DNA from: Candidatus Parcubacteria bacterium
GTDB taxonomy: Bacteria > Patescibacteriota > Minisyncoccia > Minisyncoccales > JAGMAB01
Reading direction: 5' to 3'
Length of the DNA: 18,817 nucleotides
NCBI GenBank assembly: GCA_023131055.1
Contig: JAGMAB010000007.1
Coordinates: 1 to 18,817, forward strand
Shown in pieces: positions 13,942 through 18,817 of this stretch. Each line of letters begins with the position of its first letter. Position 1 is the first letter of the stretch. The notes below the pieces were generated by a model, which saw only the letters and a program-made list of their open reading frames with translations, did not search any database and was not told the DNA's origin. The position numbers were made by a program, and so were the translations under genes.

Positions 13942-16041
13942 ATGGGGTTTTACACTTTATTAAAAAAGGGTAAAATAAAACTAATGAAAACAAACATTAA
14001 AAAACAAGTTCTCTTTTTTAGCGCTGTTTTGTTTTCAATATCTCTTGGCATAATTATTCCTCTTCACTTTAGCCATGCATTTATAGCAGAGTCCATTGGA
14101 ATGTATGTAGGTTCCTGGATTATTGCAGGCGGCTTGCAGGTTGTTTTAGCTGTTTCCAGTTTAATAGTTGGTTTGGCAGGAATGATTTTAAGCTGGGTTT
14201 TAAGCCCTTATTTTATGTCAATGCCATATACTTCCGGAGGCGTTGTTGAAATCGGCTGGCCAATTGTTAGGGACTTTATCAATATGTTCTTTGTTCTTGG
14301 TCTTGTTGTAATTGGATTGGCAACTGCTTTGCGCTTAAAAGAATACCAAGCGCAAAAGGCCTTGCCTGTTTTAATAATTATTGCTATTTTAATTAATTTT
14401 ACGCCTGTAATCTGCGGTGTGATTGTTGACGCTTCAAATATCCTAATGAATTTCTTCTTGGAAGAAATATCTGGTTTTGGAACTATGATTAATCTTTTTT
14501 CCAGCCAGGGAGCAATGCTTGCCCAAACAATTACTGCTGACAGCTTTAGCCAGCTCGCGGCTCTTCCTTTTACCATTATAGGCAAAACACTTATTATGAT
14601 TGTTTTTGCCTGGGTTACCGCGTTTATTTTCTTTATGTATTCCATGCTTTTTATAATGAGATATGTAATGATTTGGGTTTTGGTGATTGTTTCGCCAATA
14701 GCGTTCTTTTCCAGAATTTTTCCGGCAACTAAAAAAGGTGAATATGTTTTCAAAAGTATTTTGGGCTGGGATGAATGGTGGAAGCAATTTTTTGAATGGA
14801 CATTAATCGGAGTTACCGGCGCCTTTTTTCTATATTTGGGTGAACAAATAATGAATGGATTTTCAATTTCAACTGCTGGCTGGTTACAAGGAATTCCGCC
14901 AGAAGGAGGAGGATGGGTTATAGATATAATTACGGCTCCGATTATTGAATTTATGAACACCATGCTGTCCTGGGGCGTTGTTCTGGCTTTTCTGTTTATC
15001 GGCTGGATGGTGGCTATTGAAACCAAAGCGCTTGGAGCAAAACATATTACCGACACTTTCAAAAAAATGGGTAAAAAAATGGGTGTCGCAGGATTAAAAG
15101 TAGGAGCCGGAGCAACTATAAAAGCAGGAGGTCTAATAAAAGACACGGCTTTAGGATCAGGAGCAGGATTTTATGGAGGAATAAAAACAGAAAAAGGATT
15201 AGGTAAAATTAAAGGTGCGGTAATGGGAGCTCATATGGGAGGAATATCAGGCATAAAGCAAGGAGCGGCAAGATGGTATAAAGACAAAGATTTACCTAAC
15301 AATGCAACTAGAATGGATAAAATAAAAGCAGGATTTCAAACTGCCTTTGAAGATGTAAAATCTATACCTAAAGCTGGCGCGAAAGCAGCAGCAAAAGATT
15401 TGGGAGTTCCAGAATTGTTTGAAGAACCCAAAAAACCAGGAGAAAAACCAGAAATGCCAGAAATGCCAGACTTACCATCGAATTTATCAGATGAAGAACG
15501 TACAGAACGCATAGAAGATTTCAGGGAAAAGGTAAACACATATGGAAAAGAAACGGAAGAATACTCCACACAGAAAAAACCTTCTGCCGCACCCGTATCA
15601 CCAGTAGAACCTGAAAAACCTTCTACTTCGCCTGTGACTCCGCCAGAAAAAAAGAAAACAGTTCAAGCAACATTTGGTCAACCCTCAGAACCCCAAGAAA
15701 AAGCAGAAAAATGGGGAGGAATAGTTCCGCCTACAACACCATCGAAAGAAACTACACCGCCACCTAAAGAAAAACAAACAACAGGAGAATTTTACAAAGA
15801 ATTAAAAGAAGAAAGAAGAGAAAAGAAAGAAAAACGTAAAGAAAGAAAAGAGAAAAAGGAAAAAGGAAAGGAAAAAGAAGCAGGATGGGGAGCAGGAAGA
15901 GAAAAACCTTCTGGAGTTTTCAAAAAAGCACGTATAAGAAGAAAAATTGAAAAAAGCACTGAAAAAATTATAAAGGAAAATAAAAAAAGAGAAGAGAAAG
16001 AACAAAAAGAAAAAGAAGAAAAAAAGGCAGGATGGAAATAA
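13942..16041 (+). CDS. Polytopic membrane protein, VirB6/TrbL-like candidate T4SS channel component, with a long low-complexity C-terminal tail.
   Basis: Signal/TM N-terminus and at least 7 hydrophobic helices over residues about 20-360. A Gly-rich linker (GVAGLKVGAGATIKAGG) follows, then a PEK/PT-rich segment, then a K/E-rich tail (EKKEKRKERKEKKEKGKEKE). This architecture is typical of TrbL/VirB6-family proteins. The start could be the downstream Met (MKTNIKK). Confidence 0.45.
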   Translation: MGFYTLLKKGKIKLMKTNIKKQVLFFSAVLFSISLGIIIPLHFSHAFIAESIGMYVGSWIIAGGLQVVLAVSSLIVGLAGMILSWVLSPYFMSMPYTSGGVVEIGWPIVRDFINMFFVLGLVVIGLATALRLKEYQAQKALPVLIIIAILINFTPVICGVIVDASNILMNFFLEEISGFGTMINLFSSQGAMLAQTITADSFSQLAALPFTIIGKTLIMIVFAWVTAFIFFMYSMLFIMRYVMIWVLVIVSPIAFFSRIFPATKKGEYVFKSILGWDEWWKQFFEWTLIGVTGAFFLYLGEQIMNGFSISTAGWLQGIPPEGGGWVIDIITAPIIEFMNTMLSWGVVLAFLFIGWMVAIETKALGAKHITDTFKKMGKKMGVAGLKVGAGATIKAGGLIKDTALGSGAGFYGGIKTEKGLGKIKGAVMGAHMGGISGIKQGAARWYKDKDLPNNATRMDKIKAGFQTAFEDVKSIPKAGAKAAAKDLGVPELFEEPKKPGEKPEMPEMPDLPSNLSDEERTERIEDFREKVNTYGKETEEYSTQKKPSAAPVSPVEPEKPSTSPVTPPEKKKTVQATFGQPSEPQEKAEKWGGIVPPTTPSKETTPPPKEKQTTGEFYKELKEERREKKEKRKERKEKKEKGKEKEAGWGAGREKPSGVFKKARIRRKIEKSTEKIIKENKKREEKEQKEKEEKKAGWK

Positions 16042-16046
16042 AAAAT

Positions 16047-16068
16047 AAGGGTAAATTAAATTACCCTT
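16047..16068. terminator. Bidirectional terminator hairpin between convergent genes.
   Basis: AAGGGTAA attaaa TTACCCTT. It lies immediately after the VirB6-like stop (16041) and overlaps the SPFH gene stop (16067-16069). Confidence 0.5.
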
Positions 16069-17371
16069 AACCTTGATTATTTTTTTCGGTTTTTTCCTCC
16101 TTTATTCTTTTCTCACTTTTCTCGCTGATGTCGCGGTATGCCCCTCTTACGGTTTCCTTGTATACCTCTTTTCCTAATTCACTGTCTTGTGGGAAAAATA
16201 CCGCGCCTTGAGTTTTTGTAATCGTATCCAATTTTTGCAGCATTTCCCACTCCTTTCTCGCCTCTTGAAAAGCTTCTGACTCCTCAATATCTTCCCTTTC
16301 CTGAATGCCTTTTCCAATTATCTCTATCTTTCTATCTATTTTTTTACCTTCGGCTTCTCCTTCTAACCGCTTTCTTTCTACTAATTTTTCTGCAATTTCT
16401 ATCTCTCTATCTGCTTCATACACTTTTGTCCTATATTTTTGTAGTTGTTCCGGAATGTCAAAGTCTTTTAACAGCAGAGTTACTAATCTCACTCCCCATC
16501 TGCTAAAATCTCTTGTTATCCATTTTTGAATCTCTTTGCTAATATCTCCCCCTCTCAATGCAACCACATCTTCCAGCGCAAAATCTTTGAGATAAGTTTG
16601 AATAGCATCCTGAAGTTTCGCAGGTACTAAATCGTCTCTTATCTCTGTTGTTCCGCCAACCACGCTATAACATATCCTTATTGGTTTATCTGCTATTACT
16701 GTGGCTTCAGCTACCATACCTATTGTTCCTCTTTCTTTAGGAAGTTCTACTCTTTCTCCTTTAGTAAAAAGAGAGATGCGAAGTTCTTTTTTAGAAACTT
16801 TCTTGTTTTCCGGGATTTTCATTAACCAATACGGCACTAAATAGGCTCCTTCTTTTAATTCTTTGTAAAACCCATCAAGCACCTCTACCATCCACACTTC
16901 TGCTGACGGCACTTTAACCCAACTCCTTTTCAGATAGCCAAAACCGACAAGCACTATTATCAATGAAATCACCAATAAAGAAATCGTAGATGTTGTCCAT
17001 ATTCCTATTGTAATGGCTTTATATATATTTAATAAAGCCCATATCGTAACCATTACTGATAGGATAATTGGTATAATCTCTGCAATTGGCACCCATCTTT
17101 TTCTTTCTTGCGCTTTTGCTTTAATATCCTCTATGACTTTTCGTACTTCTCTATCTTCCTCTGTTTCCTCTATTCTTTCTTCTTCTTCGGGTTTGGGCGT
17201 TACCTCTATCGTTTCCTCTGCCTTTTCTTTTCTCTGTTTTTCTTTTTTCTCTACTCTCCTTTCAAGAATCTTTTGGAGAAAGCTTTTTCTTTTTACTTTC
17301 TCTTTTTTTTCTTCTACATTTTCTTCTGTCATCTTTTTTCCTCCTTTTTCAACGCACTTCCTATTTTTCAA
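16067..17371 (-). CDS. SPFH/band-7 (stomatin/prohibitin/HflK/C-like) membrane protein with a K/E-rich N-terminal extension.
   Basis: TM helix VPIAEIIPIILSVMVTIWALL. SPFH-like core (EVWMVEVLDGFYKEL...TIGMVAEATVIADKPIRI...RDDLVPAKLQDAIQTYLKDFALEDV...ITRDFSRWGVRLVTLLLKDFDIP) followed by a coiled-coil EA/KR-rich region. Strong SD AAGGAGGaaaaaagATG. Confidence 0.75.
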   Translation of the reverse strand: MKNRKCVEKGGKKMTEENVEEKKEKVKRKSFLQKILERRVEKKEKQRKEKAEETIEVTPKPEEEERIEETEEDREVRKVIEDIKAKAQERKRWVPIAEIIPIILSVMVTIWALLNIYKAITIGIWTTSTISLLVISLIIVLVGFGYLKRSWVKVPSAEVWMVEVLDGFYKELKEGAYLVPYWLMKIPENKKVSKKELRISLFTKGERVELPKERGTIGMVAEATVIADKPIRICYSVVGGTTEIRDDLVPAKLQDAIQTYLKDFALEDVVALRGGDISKEIQKWITRDFSRWGVRLVTLLLKDFDIPEQLQKYRTKVYEADREIEIAEKLVERKRLEGEAEGKKIDRKIEIIGKGIQEREDIEESEAFQEARKEWEMLQKLDTITKTQGAVFFPQDSELGKEVYKETVRGAYRDISEKSEKRIKEEKTEKNNQG

Positions 17372-17399
17372 TATAATAATTTTGGAATGTGCTGGTTAA

Positions 17400-17427
17400 A
17401 CTATATCACACAATACGAATTTGTCAA
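17400..17427 (-). promoter_or_regulatory. Promoter for the SPFH gene. On the minus strand it reads TTGACA, a 16-nt spacer, then TGtgaTATAGT.
   Basis: The reverse complement of 17422-17427 is TTGACA. The reverse complement of 17400-17405 is TATAGT with an upstream TG. It is followed by a leader of about 55 nt and an AGGAGG ribosome-binding site. Confidence 0.45.
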
Positions 17428-17434
17428 ATTTATC

Positions 17435-17464
17435 TCTGACAACATTCAACGATCGTTGAAAGTT
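17435..17464. promoter_or_regulatory. 30-bp near-perfect palindrome, operator-like, in the divergent intergenic region.
   Basis: GACAACATTCAACGATCGTTGAAAGTTGTC. Its reverse complement differs at only 2 positions. The core CAACGATCGTTG is a perfect 12-mer. Confidence 0.5.
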
Positions 17465-17514
17465 GTCATTGTATGCGCGAGGTTTATCCACAGATAGAAT
17501 GTTTTATGTCAAAA

Positions 17515-17538
17515 GTATCTTGCTACGTAGCACGATAC
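17515..17538. promoter_or_regulatory. 24-bp imperfect palindrome with a perfect 10-bp core.
   Basis: GTATC tt GCTACGTAGC ac GATAC. The GCTACGTAGC core is self-complementary and the outer GTATC/GATAC arms are complementary. Confidence 0.4.
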
Positions 17539-17582
17539 TTTCTTCCTTTTTTCTCTTTTGGATATGACATTTCAAAACAGCC

Positions 17583-17625
17583 TTGACACAAAAAGTTGTC
17601 TTTTATGATTGGTTTGTGATAAAAT
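17583..17625 (+). promoter_or_regulatory. Candidate promoter(s) for the plus-strand operon starting at 17663.
   Basis: TTGACA (17583-17588), 16 nt, TATGAT (17605-17610). A second extended -10, TGaTAAAAT, lies at 17617-17625. Confidence 0.4.
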
Positions 17626-17662
17626 TTAATAAAGGGTAAAATGAATTAAAAGCAAAATCTCT

Positions 17663-18043
17663 ATGAATAACAATTTACAAAAAAAACCAAAAAAAATTCC
17701 TGCTGATATTCTGAAAGTGTTTTTTTCGGAAGAGACAATTTCGCATATTTCAGAAATTTGTCTGAAAAATGGAATTAAAGACGGCGAACAAATTAAAGAA
17801 ATCGCCAAACAAATCGGATTGGTTTTATTGGGCAAATTATCATCAAATAATTTGCCAGAAACATTGCAGGAAAAACTGCGATTAGAAAAAAACATTGCGG
17901 AAAACATTTATTTTGAAGCAAACCGCGTTATATTCTCGCAAATTAAAAAGAAATCAGAAAAAAAATCCGCGTCTGTCCCGCTAAAAAGCGGGACTATCGC
18001 AGGCAAATCAAAAAAAGACGCTTATCTTGAAACAATAGAGTAA
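17663..18043 (+). CDS. Hypothetical soluble protein, first gene of the putative T4SS-like operon.
   Basis: 126-aa ORF with no TM segments and a K-rich C-terminus. It is 1 nt from the next gene. No motif was recognised. Confidence 0.35.
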   Translation: MNNNLQKKPKKIPADILKVFFSEETISHISEICLKNGIKDGEQIKEIAKQIGLVLLGKLSSNNLPETLQEKLRLEKNIAENIYFEANRVIFSQIKKKSEKKSASVPLKSGTIAGKSKKDAYLETIE

Positions 18044-18044
18044 A

Positions 18045-18431
18045 ATGAGGTTTACAGTTCCAAAATTTATTGACCACGAGGCGAAAATAGTCGGACCATT
18101 AACTTTCAAGCAGTTTGCTTTTATCGGCACTGCGGTATTTATTGGTTTTATTCTTTATTTTACGGTTTCTTTTTCCATTTTTATAATTTCCTGCCTTGTT
18201 TTAGGAGGCGGTTCCGCGGCTCTGGCTTTTTTGAAAATTGAAAGCAAACCCTTGCCAGCTTTTTTGGGAAATCTTTTATTATTCAGATTATCTCCAAAAA
18301 TCTATATCTGGAGAAAAACAAAAAAGCGATTAAAAATTTTAAAGAGAGAGAAATTTGAAAAAGAAAAGGATAAAGAAGATGTTTCTTTGAAAATGACCAG
18401 AGAAGGCAAATTAAAAAAATTAAACTTTTAA
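18045..18431 (+). CDS. VirB3-like small 2-TM protein (PrgI/TcpE-like).
   Basis: KIVGPLTFKQFAFIGTAVFIGFILYF followed by a second helix IFIISCLVLGGGSAALAFL and a basic tail. This pattern, and the position directly upstream of a VirB4-like gene, is typical of VirB3/PrgI-family proteins. Confidence 0.5.
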   Translation: MRFTVPKFIDHEAKIVGPLTFKQFAFIGTAVFIGFILYFTVSFSIFIISCLVLGGGSAALAFLKIESKPLPAFLGNLLLFRLSPKIYIWRKTKKRLKILKREKFEKEKDKEDVSLKMTREGKLKKLNF

Positions 18432-18446
18432 TTTAGCAAAGCGATT

Positions 18447-18817
18447 ATGGCTCAAGGTTCTACTCAACAACTTTTAGAAGTTGACCAAATCAGAGAAGGA
18501 GTTGTCCTTCTCAAAAATAAAGCGATGAGGGGAGTAATGATGGTTTCTTCCTTAAATTTTGCCTTAAAATCAGAAGAAGAACAAGACGCCATTGTTTTTC
18601 AATTTCAGAATTTCTTAAATTCTCTGGATTTTTCTTTGGAAATTATTGTCCAATCCAGACGGTTAAATATTACCGGTTATTTGGATAAATTAAAAGAATT
18701 GGAAAACAAGCAGGAAAATGAATTATTAAAAACACAAACCGCTGAATATCAAAAGTTTGTCAGAAATTTAATTGCCGGAGGTGGAATTATGTCAAAAAAC
18801 TTTTTTGTTGTCACGCC
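18447..18817 (+). CDS. N-terminus of a VirB4-like T4SS ATPase. It is partial and continues beyond the window.
   Basis: MAQGSTQQLLEVDQIREGVVLLKNKAMRGVMMVSSLNFALKSEEEQDAIVFQFQNFLNSLDFSLEIIVQSRRLNITGYL. This resembles the conserved N-terminal domain of Gram-positive-type VirB4/TraE/PrgJ-like proteins (...DG.I.LKDG.....EV..INF.LKS..EQ..I...F..FLN.L....QI.V.SR...). The frame is open to the window end. Confidence 0.5.
   Translation, partial: MAQGSTQQLLEVDQIREGVVLLKNKAMRGVMMVSSLNFALKSEEEQDAIVFQFQNFLNSLDFSLEIIVQSRRLNITGYLDKLKELENKQENELLKTQTAEYQKFVRNLIAGGGIMSKNFFVVT

Noticed and set aside
17641-17649. ATG preceded by AAGGG (possible SD) at 17641.
   Set aside because: It encodes only Met-Asn-stop. 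It was not considered a gene, though the real operon start at 17663 follows closely.
1-18817. CRISPR arrays, rRNA genes, integrase or transposase genes.
   Set aside because: There are no regularly spaced direct repeats with unique spacers. There are no rRNA-like conserved stretches. No ORF has recombinase or transposase motifs. The only repeats are short promoter-proximal and palindromic elements.

Overview
This window is AT-rich (about 35% GC) and gene-dense, and it reads like a Patescibacteria/CPR-type genome using the standard genetic code. All calls are from sequence motifs and folding by eye; no searches were run.

The left third (1-5.7 kb) is mostly minus-strand. It holds a partial YraN-family gene and a strongly promoted, terminated small RNA whose 3' domain is a tmRNA/tRNA-Ala-like acceptor and T-arm minihelix (G3:U70, discriminator A). 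Downstream is an accessory-looking block: a 4-TM EamA-like protein, a NUDIX hydrolase, a HicB-HicA toxin-antitoxin pair, and an HTH-Fic/Doc-like protein whose catalytic His is replaced by Gln. Then come tRNA-Ala(CGC), a HAD hydrolase, an atypical tRNA-Pro(CGG) and the CCA-adding enzyme.

The middle runs on the plus strand. tRNA-Arg(TCG), a small signal-peptide/2-TM cysteine-containing pilin-like gene and tRNA-Lys(CTT) are packed with 4-5 nt spacers. A translationally coupled rpsO / NYN-domain / pnp operon follows, then a membrane hypothetical, a DksA/TraR zinc-finger protein and YifB/ComM. A LysM-M23 peptidase sits on the minus strand, followed by rsmA/ksgA on plus; rsmA carries two in-frame GC-rich palindromes.

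The right quarter looks like a type IV secretion-related locus: a 699-aa multi-TM VirB6/TrbL-like protein with a long low-complexity tail, an SPFH/band-7 protein on the minus strand, a 290-bp regulatory intergenic region with large palindromes and divergent promoters, and then a small unknown gene, a VirB3/PrgI-like 2-TM gene and the N-terminus of a VirB4-like ATPase (truncated by the window).

None of the four tRNAs encodes CCA, which fits the cca gene sitting among them. No CRISPR array or rRNA is visible.
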